A DNA stretch of 57,481 bases from a virus. The notes under the pieces were generated by a model that worked only from the letters and a program-made list of their open reading frames with translations, searched no databases and had not been told where the DNA came from. The stretch spans positions 1-57,481 of the IMG/VR virus record IMGVR_UViG_3300045988_031383; one strand, given 5' to 3'. The translations under genes and the position numbers were made by a program. Below are positions 25,660-33,910 of the stretch, one piece after another (position 1 is the stretch's first letter; every line of letters starts with the position of its first letter).

Positions 25660-25930
25660 ACCGACGCAGATAGATCGTAAAGATCCATATCACCGTATTC
25701 ATGACAAATACCGTGACCAATGGATTTATGGTATCAACGACAAATATTTCGTGTCGTTTGTTGTATTGGATTTGGGTATTGGCCCTAAAGAATCAGAATG
25801 CGCTTTATGCTCATACGATAACCGTGTAGCGGATGCTACTGTCAACAAGATGTTTACTAAGAATGATCTGGTTACTTATGTAAAACATTTCCGCGGACTA
25901 CCAGAAAACCAATTAGAAGATTTCTTCTAA
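25628..25930 (+). CDS. Hypothetical protein (start uncertain: ATG 25628 or TTG 25637)
   Basis: GGAGG at 25623-27. The ORF runs to 25930. The N-terminal extension in the track (25616) overlaps the previous gene. Confidence 0.6.
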   Translation: MVKLTIRYHTRPTQIDRKDPYHRIHDKYRDQWIYGINDKYFVSFVVLDLGIGPKESECALCSYDNRVADATVNKMFTKNDLVTYVKHFRGLPENQLEDFF

Positions 25931-25936
25931 AATACT

Positions 25937-26099
25937 ATAGGCCCGTTAAGAGCTGCACATTGAGGGACATAAGAAAAATTTTATTTAATCTACTATTTAC
26001 ATACACCTTGTCCCGTGTAACAAGCTACTTACGGAAATTTACGAAAGGAAAGCCTCTACACTGATACTATCATCTGTATGTAGCTTTTAGCGGGTCTAT
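25937..26099 (+). ncRNA. Candidate structured RNA (or MITE-like inverted-repeat element) closed by a 17-bp long-range helix
   Basis: ATAGGCCCGTTAAGAGC (25937-53) pairs with GCTTTTAGCGGGTCTAT (26083-99). There are 14 Watson-Crick pairs plus 3 G-T pairs, which are allowed only on the + strand. Inner helix GGGACA (25964-69)/TGTCCC (26009-14). No ORF on either strand. Confidence 0.4.
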
Positions 26100-26163
26100 T
26101 CAACTATCGATATATTTGATAGTTCCGAACTGCGCATAACATAATTTGTATAAAATGTGATCT

Positions 26164-26280
26164 CCTTTTTAATATTTTTTATTTCAACTTTACTTTTACA
26201 AAATACAAATTTATTGTCATGTAATGTTAAACCACATTATACGCAGTAACCAAATTCTTCCTACCTTTTTAATATTTTTT
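26164..26280. repeat. Two 17-bp direct repeats CCTTTTTAATATTTTTT exactly 100 bp apart (26164-80 and 26264-80)
   Basis: Read directly from the sequence. They lie in a 430-bp non-coding AT-rich region that also holds three TTATRCGYRG motifs (26130-39 inverted, 26237-46, 26318-27). Confidence 0.8.
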
Positions 26281-26378
26281 CATAATCCATAATACAATTA
26301 CATTAGGTACGAGTTTGTTATGCGTGGTTTGGAGCTATCAAATAGCTTTAACATTTTTATTTATTGGAGGATTATAGT

Positions 26379-26741
26379 ATGTCATTTGAGAAATTATTTA
26401 ACGAAGAAGTTAAATCTATTAGTGTTGTTACCGATATTACTGACGGTAAACAAAAGGTTGTGGAGTTAGGAAAAGACTTCGATGAGTATGTTGACAAAAC
26501 ATACGGTAAAGCTATTAAAAACCAGAAAAATACGGCGGAAGCCGCTAATGGCATTCGCAAAGCCACAATCTATTTCGCGCTGGCAACCGGAGCATCATTC
26601 CTATTACAACGTAAACTTAAGAAACGCGCTGAGCGTCAATACAAAGATATTTGTGACGATATGTTTTCTGACAAAACAATGGACGAATTTGTAATTAAGG
26701 CGTTTGAGGAGCAGTTTGGTAATGAGAAGAAAGAGAATTAG
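26379..26741 (+). CDS. Hypothetical protein, possibly with one TM helix
   Basis: TGGAGGATTATAGT upstream of ATG 26379. 120 aa. Confidence 0.7.
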   Translation: MSFEKLFNEEVKSISVVTDITDGKQKVVELGKDFDEYVDKTYGKAIKNQKNTAEAANGIRKATIYFALATGASFLLQRKLKKRAERQYKDICDDMFSDKTMDEFVIKAFEEQFGNEKKEN

Positions 26742-27069
26742 AAGACTAATTTACACTACTAAAGGGGACGAACGCGTAGTATCTGTTTTGCTACGCGACC
26801 CTTATATTACTATTAAACACACAATTGCATGTAACGAGATTCCTGAGTTTGTTATGGAAGCAAATATTAGCGAGGAACTCGCTCAAGAATTGTTCAACGC
26901 TATTTATCTTAGCGGAAGGAATAAGCCTTGTATAAACGACTTATCCAGGGCTTATTTAGTTGGTCATATTGTCAAAGACGTGGCAGTTAGTAGTATTTCA
27001 ATAAATCGTTATACACCATGGTCACGTGTTATTAAGATTGAAGGATTATATTTAGGAACCGAGGTATAG
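26722..27069 (+). CDS. Hypothetical protein
   Basis: GAGGAG lies 10 nt upstream of ATG 26722. 115 aa. Confidence 0.6.
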   Translation: MRRKRIRRLIYTTKGDERVVSVLLRDPYITIKHTIACNEIPEFVMEANISEELAQELFNAIYLSGRNKPCINDLSRAYLVGHIVKDVAVSSISINRYTPWSRVIKIEGLYLGTEV

Positions 27070-27071
27070 AA

Positions 27072-27335
27072 ATGGGACTATTTAGTAAAGTAAACAAATT
27101 GGAAAAAGTGGATTTTGGTGATGCCGAGCTTAACGCTATTTATGAAAAAGGGTTGAACGACGGCAAGGAGTATGGTCAAATGGACGAAGCAATCCAAGGT
27201 ATCTTATTTGCTGCTGGTGGACTTGCAGTATATTATCTTGGACGACGAGCCCTAAATCGTTCGAATAAGGAATTGAACGATGTCATCAAAGAAGGACAAT
27301 TTGATTCTTTTGAGAAACTGTTGAATGGTAAATAG
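27072..27335 (+). CDS. Small membrane protein
   Basis: 87 aa, TM segment ILFAAGGLAVYYLG. Confidence 0.65.
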   Translation: MGLFSKVNKLEKVDFGDAELNAIYEKGLNDGKEYGQMDEAIQGILFAAGGLAVYYLGRRALNRSNKELNDVIKEGQFDSFEKLLNGK

Positions 27336-27346
27336 GAGGTTTAAGT

Positions 27347-27751
27347 ATGGCTATGATGAATATTGAGACGATCAAAGAATTCAAATACAAAGGTTATAAA
27401 TGTCTTATCAAGAAAATCTCATATACTGACAAAGGACTTTCTGTTATTGAGCAAACCAATGGATTAGTTGGTTACGACTTAAGCTCTAGGAAATGGTGGC
27501 TATGCGGCTATATTGTTCTTCCTAAAGGTCATATGCTTAATGGATACGGGTATGACGATATTTCAGAATTTATCGAAGTTCATGGCGGATTCACATTTGC
27601 AGAAAACGGCGAATATGGTACTTTTGTTATTGGCTTCGACTGTAACCATGCAAAAGATGGTGATGCTGAAAACACCGAAGAATTCGTTATATCTGAAATC
27701 GAAAAAGCTATCGATCAAATGTCAGGAGAACAGGAGGAGTCTAATGAGTGA
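27347..27751 (+). CDS. Hypothetical protein (..CGYIVLPKGH..VHGGFTF..GFDCNHAKD.. motif family)
   Basis: TAGGAGGTTTAAGT upstream. 134 aa. Confidence 0.75.
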   Translation: MAMMNIETIKEFKYKGYKCLIKKISYTDKGLSVIEQTNGLVGYDLSSRKWWLCGYIVLPKGHMLNGYGYDDISEFIEVHGGFTFAENGEYGTFVIGFDCNHAKDGDAENTEEFVISEIEKAIDQMSGEQEESNE

Positions 27752-28283
27752 ATTAGATGAGTTTGGTATTGTTCGGTATATTATAGACACTGGCGATAAA
27801 GTCGTGTCTATATTGCTTAACGATATTGCGGAAGACACAGGCGATAATGACGACACTCTTCTTTTAGTTAAGAGCGAACACATTCCATTTTATGATGAAC
27901 TATGGGACACCCCTCAATCCTCTGAGTATATACTAGTTAAAGGTATTAAATTCTATGTTAGTACATGGCACGCTTTGGGATATGGTATATATTTCATTGT
28001 TGATTTGTATACAACAGAACACGGAAACATTCTATATTTAGACTCGGATAGAAAAGATCGTCTATATGATATGGATTGGTTCATTGCAAATAAGTGCTTG
28101 GTTGGATGTGATGGTGGATTCCTCAAACGAAATTATAGAATGTATTCAAGATGTTGTATTAATTTCTATGGAGCCAAAAAGGTATTTCCAATCAATCATT
28201 CTATAGTCCACGATTGGTATGGATTTGAGAAGCATCTAGCTAACTCTTACTTAAATAGCTCGCAGAAAAAACAAGGCTCATAG
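27744..28283 (+). CDS. Hypothetical protein
   Basis: CAGGAGGAG upstream of ATG 27744. The longer track version (27513) overlaps the previous gene out of frame. Confidence 0.7.
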   Translation: MSELDEFGIVRYIIDTGDKVVSILLNDIAEDTGDNDDTLLLVKSEHIPFYDELWDTPQSSEYILVKGIKFYVSTWHALGYGIYFIVDLYTTEHGNILYLDSDRKDRLYDMDWFIANKCLVGCDGGFLKRNYRMYSRCCINFYGAKKVFPINHSIVHDWYGFEKHLANSYLNSSQKKQGS

Positions 28284-28284
28284 T
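28261..28284 (+). promoter_or_regulatory. Degenerate seventh copy of the CGCAG-N13 -10 promoter (CGCAGAAAAAACAAGGCT CATAGT)
   Basis: Same 13-nt spacing. The -10 is weakened to CATAGT. It overlaps the stop of the upstream ORF. Confidence 0.4.
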
Positions 28285-28303
28285 GAAAGGAAGGTAATTT
28301 ATT

Positions 28304-28621
28304 ATGAATAAACATTTTAATGATGTGGATAATTTAGCTTACGCTATCGCATTCGATGGCTTGACTGGAGAAATTGAGAAAACTAAAGTTGAACTGGCTT
28401 TAGCCGAGGACGAAGAAGCAGCGAAAGTTTTGGAAACTCGATTGGCACGCCTAATTGCTTTGAAGAATGAAGAAATCAAACATAAGGTGAAACCGATTGA
28501 CATTTTCAATACGATCACTGCCGGAGTCGCGGGTATTGCTGTACTCAGCTATGAGCAAACTGGAATTATTACCAGCAAGTTATGGAACATGACGGCTGGG
28601 GCTTTATTCCGCAAACGTTAA
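28304..28621 (+). CDS. Hypothetical protein with a C-proximal TM helix
   Basis: GAAAGGAAGG upstream. 105 aa. Confidence 0.7.
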   Translation: MNKHFNDVDNLAYAIAFDGLTGEIEKTKVELALAEDEEAAKVLETRLARLIALKNEEIKHKVKPIDIFNTITAGVAGIAVLSYEQTGIITSKLWNMTAGALFRKR

Positions 28622-28622
28622 T

Positions 28623-28653
28623 AAGGGAATTTAAACAATTCCCTTTCTTTTTT
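28623..28653 (+). terminator. Intrinsic terminator
   Basis: AAGGGAATT taaac AATTCCCTT (perfect 9 bp) followed by TCTTTTTT. Confidence 0.9.
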
Positions 28654-28664
28654 GGAGGTGAGTG

Positions 28665-28865
28665 ATGTTTAAAGATGATGCGTGGGTTAAGGTTTTAAGT
28701 ATATTACTATTTGTTTTGTTCATTCTATTGTTCTTTTTAGTAACCACAATAGAAGATCATGTAACAAAATTAGAGCGTACAGTTGAAATTCAACAAATCC
28801 AAATTGACTATCAACGAGATGTTATAAACAACATCAACAGAAAAGTGTTATATCCTGGAGGTTAG
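28665..28865 (+). CDS. Small membrane protein
   Basis: GGAGG lies 6 nt upstream of ATG 28665. TM segment VLSILLFVLFILLFFLV. Confidence 0.7.
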   Translation: MFKDDAWVKVLSILLFVLFILLFFLVTTIEDHVTKLERTVEIQQIQIDYQRDVINNINRKVLYPGG

Positions 28866-28868
28866 AGT

Positions 28869-29180
28869 ATGGATAGAAAACAACCAATGTTTAAATTGTC
28901 TCAACGCGGAGACGAAATTGAAATCACAAGTGATAACTACAATCTTATTCGTCATTCGTACGACTCGTATAAATTTATGATGGATAAGTGTTACCCAATG
29001 CGCCCAGGTCTTATTATGGACGATACGAATCTCGCTGAAGAGGTTCTTATTATCGGTATCACGGATCTTTGGATGAATAGGACAAACAATATTTGGCACT
29101 TCACTATTTACTTGACGGAGCTGCATAGCGACTCACCGTTCAAGACACTGAAGGAGTATTTTGGAAAGGAGGTTAAATAA
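28869..29180 (+). CDS. Hypothetical protein
   Basis: TGGAGGTTAGAGT upstream. 103 aa. Confidence 0.7.
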   Translation: MDRKQPMFKLSQRGDEIEITSDNYNLIRHSYDSYKFMMDKCYPMRPGLIMDDTNLAEEVLIIGITDLWMNRTNNIWHFTIYLTELHSDSPFKTLKEYFGKEVK

Positions 29181-29680
29181 TGGTATCACCTATTGTGAAA
29201 CGGTCTAGCGAATTCAAAGATACAGTTGTATCAATGGTACGAGCTATGCCGTTAGATGAGATGCTTCTTGTGCCTGCGTCGTATATTGACAAAGGTATTG
29301 AAGCGTGGCTTGCAGTTGACCCCGATACGGGAATTAGCCCTGCCCAGGAAGACTACAAGCATTACTTTCAATTCATCATGACAATTCCTAAAGAGATGTA
29401 CGTCTTAGACATGGATCTATATTATTTGCGTATTGCTAAACGGATTGTGGACAATATTCTTATGACTATGCTCGATACATCGTATTACAAATCTGTATTT
29501 GGGTATGCTGATGTCGAGAAGGAACAATATGAGCTTATTTACGCTCTAACAAATGATGTTCTGGATCGACTAGAGGACACTCAAGATGGTCGGCGAGTGT
29601 ATAAGAATACAAAAGAACTTAGGGAAGAATTCGAAAAGTATTTCGAAGAGGTGTTAAGCAATTATGACGAAGAGTCTTGA
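29180..29680 (+). CDS. Hypothetical protein (tandem paralogue A)
   Basis: AAAGGAGG upstream. 166 aa. ..MPLDEMLLVPASYIDKGIEAW.. parallels the next ORF. Confidence 0.7.
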   Translation: MVSPIVKRSSEFKDTVVSMVRAMPLDEMLLVPASYIDKGIEAWLAVDPDTGISPAQEDYKHYFQFIMTIPKEMYVLDMDLYYLRIAKRIVDNILMTMLDTSYYKSVFGYADVEKEQYELIYALTNDVLDRLEDTQDGRRVYKNTKELREEFEKYFEEVLSNYDEES

Positions 29681-30173
29681 ACCGAGTTATATCGCAAAAT
29701 CTATCCCCATATTGACTAAGGACGAATTCTTTGCGTATATTCGAGATAGCATAGTCAACTTACCGTTAAAAGAGATGTTTTATGTGGACGATTGGTATAT
29801 TGATCGTCTTATTACAAATTGGCAAACGTTTAAATTTGAGTCTGACTATCGTAAATACATATTCGGACTCTTAATGTTACCTAAGAATCTCAAGCAATTG
29901 GATATCGACTTGATGCTTTGGAATGTTGTTAGAAGTCTCGTTGATGAAATGATAGTATCTTTAGCCGAGGGATTCTATTACGACGAGATGGAAAGTGTTA
30001 TCGGCGAGACTATATATTTTGAGCCCTTCAAGAAATACAAAGGACACGAAATCGACAAACAAAAAGTCAATTATTTCCTCGACATTCTTGATACAATATA
30101 TGGTCGTGTGGACGAGGGATTTGACACGCTGACGTGGATACGCTCAGCTGTCGATGAGAATTATTTACTATAG
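29664..30173 (+). CDS. Hypothetical protein (tandem paralogue B)
   Basis: 169 aa. ..LPLKEMFYVDDWYIDRLITNW.. and ..LDIDLMLWNVVRSLVDEMI.. parallel the previous ORF. Confidence 0.7.
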   Translation: MTKSLEPSYIAKSIPILTKDEFFAYIRDSIVNLPLKEMFYVDDWYIDRLITNWQTFKFESDYRKYIFGLLMLPKNLKQLDIDLMLWNVVRSLVDEMIVSLAEGFYYDEMESVIGETIYFEPFKKYKGHEIDKQKVNYFLDILDTIYGRVDEGFDTLTWIRSAVDENYLL

Positions 30174-30179
30174 GAGGTT

Positions 30180-30341
30180 ATGCTCGTTGTGAAACAGCAT
30201 GTAAACTTTATTTTGTCGGATGGCGATATGAATGATATCGCTACACAATTCATGGCATGTGACCGTGAGTTGGAGGTTGAGATCGAGGGTAGTAATGTAG
30301 TTTTACACCTCGTACGTGATGATGCAGATGCAGAATACTAA
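30180..30341 (+). CDS. Possible small acidic ORF (53 aa) missing from the track
   Basis: TAGGAGG immediately upstream, but spacing to the ATG is only 2 nt; GTG 30189 is an alternative start. It fills a gap that would otherwise be 190 bp. Confidence 0.4.
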   Translation: MLVVKQHVNFILSDGDMNDIATQFMACDRELEVEIEGSNVVLHLVRDDADAEY

Positions 30342-30362
30342 GAAAATTAGGAGAATAGAGAA

Positions 30363-31823
30363 ATGAATAAAAAAGCAATCGTATTTACAGGAACTATCGC
30401 ACTTGCCCTTTTGACAGCACCAAGCGTATTAGCTAACGAAGCCGATACTGTTGTCACCAAACAAGATACTAATATCACAGTGCAAAATCCTTCAGTTGAA
30501 GTAACAACATCTGATGATACTATTTACGCTGATGTAGATGTCAAAGTTAATGATATCCAAATCCCAGATGATATTTCAATCAATAAAGGAGACAGTATCA
30601 CTGTTGGATTGCCGCAAGAGCTTAAATTGGTAAATAACTACACATTCCCAGTTAACAATAACGAGGGAACAGAAGTTGGTACAGCCACTGCGAACAAAGA
30701 TAATAACGAAGTTACAACTGTGTTCAATGACTACTTTGAATCGCACCCTCTAAATAAAACATTCTCTCTTGATATCAAAACTCAATGGAATGTCGAAAAG
30801 GTTGCTGAGAATCAACAAGTTGCCCTTGATTTCAACGGTCGTAAGGTTGAAACTACTACTGGTAAAACTGGTGTTATCGGTAAAGATGAAACTCTTATGA
30901 AATGGGGAGGCGAGGACGCCGAACACCCAGGCGAAATCGTATGGGCAATGCGTGTTAACTACGCCAAGAAAGACCTAGTCAATGTCAAAGTTGCTGATAC
31001 TTGGGACGAAAACCAAGAATATGTTAAGGATTCGTTCAAAATGGTGTCTGTTGAATCAAATAACCCTTGGAAAGAAAAAGAATCTGAAGCAACTAAGATT
31101 GCTCCTGTATTCCATACTAATGGTTTCACTTGGTCTGCAGATAAACTCTCGGATCAGTTGTATATTAGCTATCGTACAAAGGTTATCAAACAAGCTGAGC
31201 GTTATTTGAATAGCGTGGTTCTTAGTGCTGACAACTTCAATTCACAATATCGTGATGTACCTTATCAATTTGTAACCGGCAGCGGTAAGGCAGATGGAGA
31301 AAACAAACCTAAGGTAGAGGATAAGAAGCCAGAGGAAAAACCAAAAGAAGATCCTAAACCTAAGGAAGAAACTCCTAAAGAAGATCCTAAAGAAGATCCT
31401 AAAGAAGATCCTAAGAAGCCAGAAGATAAGCCTAAAGAAGATCCTAAAGAAGATCCTAAGAAGCCAGAAGATAAGCCTAAAGAGGAACCTAAACCTAAAG
31501 AAGAAACTCCTAAAGAGGAACCTAAAGAGGATCCTAAGAAGCCAGAAGATAAGCCTAAAGAGGATCCTAAGAAGCCAGAAGATAAGCCTAAGGAAACTCC
31601 TAAACCTCAAACACCACCTGCACCTAAGCAAGTTGTAATTCGTAAATACGAAGAAAAGAAACCTGTTGTGCGCAATATCCCGGCCAAAGTAATTGAAGCA
31701 ACCAAACAAGTTGAAACTCATACTTTGCCAAATACTGGATCTAGCCTAGAGCTTGCCCTCATTACTACTGGTGTGTTCTTGGCATCTGCTGCGGTAGCTA
31801 TCAAACGAAAGGAAACTAAATAA
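30363..31823 (+). CDS. LPXTG cell-wall-anchored surface protein with a Cna/collagen-binding-like adhesin domain
   Basis: Signal peptide MNKKAIVFTGTIALALLTAPSVLANE. ..GDSITVGLPQELKL..TATANKDNNEVTTVFNDYFE.. resembles MSCRAMM A-domains. Also has a Pro/Lys/Glu/Asp-rich wall-spanning repeat, LPNTG (31725-31739), a hydrophobic stretch and a KRKETK tail. Confidence 0.9.
   Translation: MNKKAIVFTGTIALALLTAPSVLANEADTVVTKQDTNITVQNPSVEVTTSDDTIYADVDVKVNDIQIPDDISINKGDSITVGLPQELKLVNNYTFPVNNNEGTEVGTATANKDNNEVTTVFNDYFESHPLNKTFSLDIKTQWNVEKVAENQQVALDFNGRKVETTTGKTGVIGKDETLMKWGGEDAEHPGEIVWAMRVNYAKKDLVNVKVADTWDENQEYVKDSFKMVSVESNNPWKEKESEATKIAPVFHTNGFTWSADKLSDQLYISYRTKVIKQAERYLNSVVLSADNFNSQYRDVPYQFVTGSGKADGENKPKVEDKKPEEKPKEDPKPKEETPKEDPKEDPKEDPKKPEDKPKEDPKEDPKKPEDKPKEEPKPKEETPKEEPKEDPKKPEDKPKEDPKKPEDKPKETPKPQTPPAPKQVVIRKYEEKKPVVRNIPAKVIEATKQVETHTLPNTGSSLELALITTGVFLASAAVAIKRKETK
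31306..31628 (+). repeat. Tandem Pro-rich coding repeats (KPEDKPKEDPKEDPK-type)
   Basis: gatcctaagaagccagaagataagcctaaaga recurs four times, with shorter gaagatcctaaa units between. Confidence 0.9.
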
Positions 31824-32158
31824 TGCAAAGTTGGTTAAAGACTCCGGATATGGCAAAAGATAGTGAGACATTCGGTATCATTGCTTTATTTAAATCTATG
31901 GCATATGATTACAAATACGCAAATCTAGATCCAATTGAGAAGTCTGTGGTGTCATATTTGATGATAAACTATCATCAAATTGAACTTGGGAATAATGTTC
32001 AGAACGATCTAAAAGAAATTTCCCAAATCTTCATAGAAGAAAACGGACCTTCTATTGTATCTGACGTATGTACACTGATGGCTAATCCAGATTTGATTGC
32101 GGAACATATCGAATACCTCAAAAGTTTTAATAATCCGCAGGAATTACACGCACTATAA
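31823..32158 (+). CDS. Hypothetical protein
   Basis: TAATG overlap with the adhesin stop. 111 aa. The last codons are promoter P5. Confidence 0.65.
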   Translation: MQSWLKTPDMAKDSETFGIIALFKSMAYDYKYANLDPIEKSVVSYLMINYHQIELGNNVQNDLKEISQIFIEENGPSIVSDVCTLMANPDLIAEHIEYLKSFNNPQELHAL

Positions 32159-32159
32159 T
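32136..32159 (+). promoter_or_regulatory. Early promoter P5 (CGCAG-N13-TATAAT), embedded in the ORF 3' end
   Basis: cgcaggaattacacgcactataat followed by GAAACGAAATAAAAAAGGAGG. Confidence 0.7.
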
Positions 32160-32188
32160 GAAACGAAATAAAAAAGGAGGACTATAAA

Positions 32189-32509
32189 ATGTCAAAAGAA
32201 ACTGTTTCAAACAAAATCGAAGAAGTTAAGGACGAAGCAACTGAAGTTGTTGAGAACGTCCAAGAAGAAGTTAAAGAAGTTGTTGAAGGGCAACCTGAAA
32301 CTAAGGTCGATGTTGTCGAACAAAAAGAAACCATCTTTAAAAAAGGTGAAAAAATTGTTCGTAAATACCGTCCTGTGTTTAAGAAAGCTCTGATCACAAC
32401 CGGATTGATTATTCTTGGTGGACTCGCATACGGATATGTGAAGAAATCCAATACTGAAGAAGATGTTGTTGAAGGTGAATTTGAAGGCATTTCATATGAC
32501 AACGAATAA
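32189..32509 (+). CDS. Acidic protein with a C-proximal TM helix
   Basis: AAAGGAGGACTATAAA upstream. 106 aa. Confidence 0.75.
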   Translation: MSKETVSNKIEEVKDEATEVVENVQEEVKEVVEGQPETKVDVVEQKETIFKKGEKIVRKYRPVFKKALITTGLIILGGLAYGYVKKSNTEEDVVEGEFEGISYDNE

Positions 32510-32520
32510 AATCGTTTAAG

Positions 32521-32557
32521 AGAATACGGGATATTACATCTCGTATTCTTTTTTTTT
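32521..32557 (+). terminator. Intrinsic terminator
   Basis: AGAATACGGGA tattaca TCTCGTATTCT (11 bp) followed by T8. Confidence 0.9.
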
Positions 32558-32580
32558 GAATTTAGAAAGGAGAACTACTA

Positions 32581-32766
32581 GTGAAAACATTTATTGGCGC
32601 TGTATGCATGTGCTTTATCGGAGCGTTATTTAGCGCTGCACTATATACTACGTTTGTTTATTTCTTTAACGCCGACCCACGATTGGCTGTGTGTTTAACA
32701 GGAGCTTTACAGACGATTGCTATGTACTTATGGGGGTATACAGCCGGAAAAACTAGTAAAGAATAA
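32581..32766 (+). CDS. Small two-TM membrane protein (holin-like topology, GTG start)
   Basis: AAAGGAGAACTACTA upstream of the GTG. 61 aa with two hydrophobic helices and a charged C-terminus. Confidence 0.6.
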   Translation: MKTFIGAVCMCFIGALFSAALYTTFVYFFNADPRLAVCLTGALQTIAMYLWGYTAGKTSKE

Positions 32767-32769
32767 CTT

Positions 32770-33018
32770 ATGGCAGTAATTTTAGATGACTATGATGTTG
32801 TTAAAGTACACAACCATGGTAGAAATCGGTATACATTTTTCTTATTGCTAGACGGGCCTCGAGATATTGCACTAGCTGATTTGGCTACAGAACTAAATGT
32901 ATATAGAGATGTGATGTCATATCGTGGAGAGCGTTATTACGCTTTGTCTGGAATAGAGAAACGTATGAATCCCGAAGACGCACAGTGGATTGCTACGATA
33001 GAAAGTGAGAGGATTTAG
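32770..33018 (+). CDS. Hypothetical protein
   Basis: 82-aa ORF, tightly packed, weak RBS. Confidence 0.55.
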   Translation: MAVILDDYDVVKVHNHGRNRYTFFLLLDGPRDIALADLATELNVYRDVMSYRGERYYALSGIEKRMNPEDAQWIATIESERI

Positions 33019-33675
33019 ATGACCAAAACATCTTACGATAAAGTAAAACTAAAAACAACCCAAATTGCTGAGGGTGAATTAGAAGAAAAGCATATTACGG
33101 CGGTAGCCAAAGGACGAATCGAGAAGCCTGGCGTTGGTAAATGGTTTAGTCATATCCTATTTGGTGAAGAAGGATTCCGTGGCGCAGCTACTCATTTAGT
33201 ACAAGAGGTAATTGTGCCGTCTGTACAAAACACAGTTGCTGATGTATTGGTCACAGCCGTACAGCGTGCTATCTTTGGTGATGACTATATTCACCGTAGA
33301 GGTAATAGTGGATCGTTCTGGGGACGTCCTAGCAACGTAACCCGCATGGATACATATCGTTCTAATGGACGAAACGACTACACTAAGAATTTCGCTAAGC
33401 GTAACAACAGGGCTTCTAATGTAGTTAATGATATTGTCTTCGAGACTCGTCAAGATGCTCAGGAAGTATTTAATATTCTTCTGGCGAACCTTGACCAATA
33501 TGGGGTGGTTACTGTCGGTGACTTCTACGAGTTATCTGACCAGCCAGCAGCATTTACTGATCAGGCATATGGTTGGACGACTCTTGGAGGTTCTAATGGG
33601 TTGGATGGGGCCCGTATTGTGGCGGCCCGTGGAGGCGGATTCAAAATACAATTCCCAATCCCAGTGGAGGTGTAA
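33019..33675 (+). CDS. Hypothetical protein
   Basis: GAGAGGA upstream. 218 aa. Confidence 0.7.
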   Translation: MTKTSYDKVKLKTTQIAEGELEEKHITAVAKGRIEKPGVGKWFSHILFGEEGFRGAATHLVQEVIVPSVQNTVADVLVTAVQRAIFGDDYIHRRGNSGSFWGRPSNVTRMDTYRSNGRNDYTKNFAKRNNRASNVVNDIVFETRQDAQEVFNILLANLDQYGVVTVGDFYELSDQPAAFTDQAYGWTTLGGSNGLDGARIVAARGGGFKIQFPIPVEV

Positions 33676-33676
33676 G

Positions 33677-33910
33677 ATGAATAAATTAGAACCGTATTTC
33701 AATCCTATTGTAAACATTATTTTATTGGTTACTATATGGATACTATATGGTGCTTTAATGTATGGAGGCATTTGCCTAACCGAAGGTTACGTGTACTTAC
33801 AAGTATCATTCGGCGGATTATGGTTCTGCGGATTCTTACTAGCCTCATTTTTCATCGCTATCGAATTTGGCGAAATACAAAGAATTAGGAAATTAAGAAA
33901 AGATGAGTGA
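33677..33910 (+). CDS. Small two-TM membrane protein
   Basis: GGAGG lies 6 nt upstream of ATG 33677. The longer track ORF (33428) overlaps the previous gene. Confidence 0.65.
   Translation: MNKLEPYFNPIVNIILLVTIWILYGALMYGGICLTEGYVYLQVSFGGLWFCGFLLASFFIAIEFGEIQRIRKLRKDE

Noticed and set aside
31242-31721. 159-aa minus-strand ORF rich in F/R/L
   Set aside because: It is antisense to the Pro/Lys/Glu repeat of the LPXTG gene and is an artefact of repeat composition.
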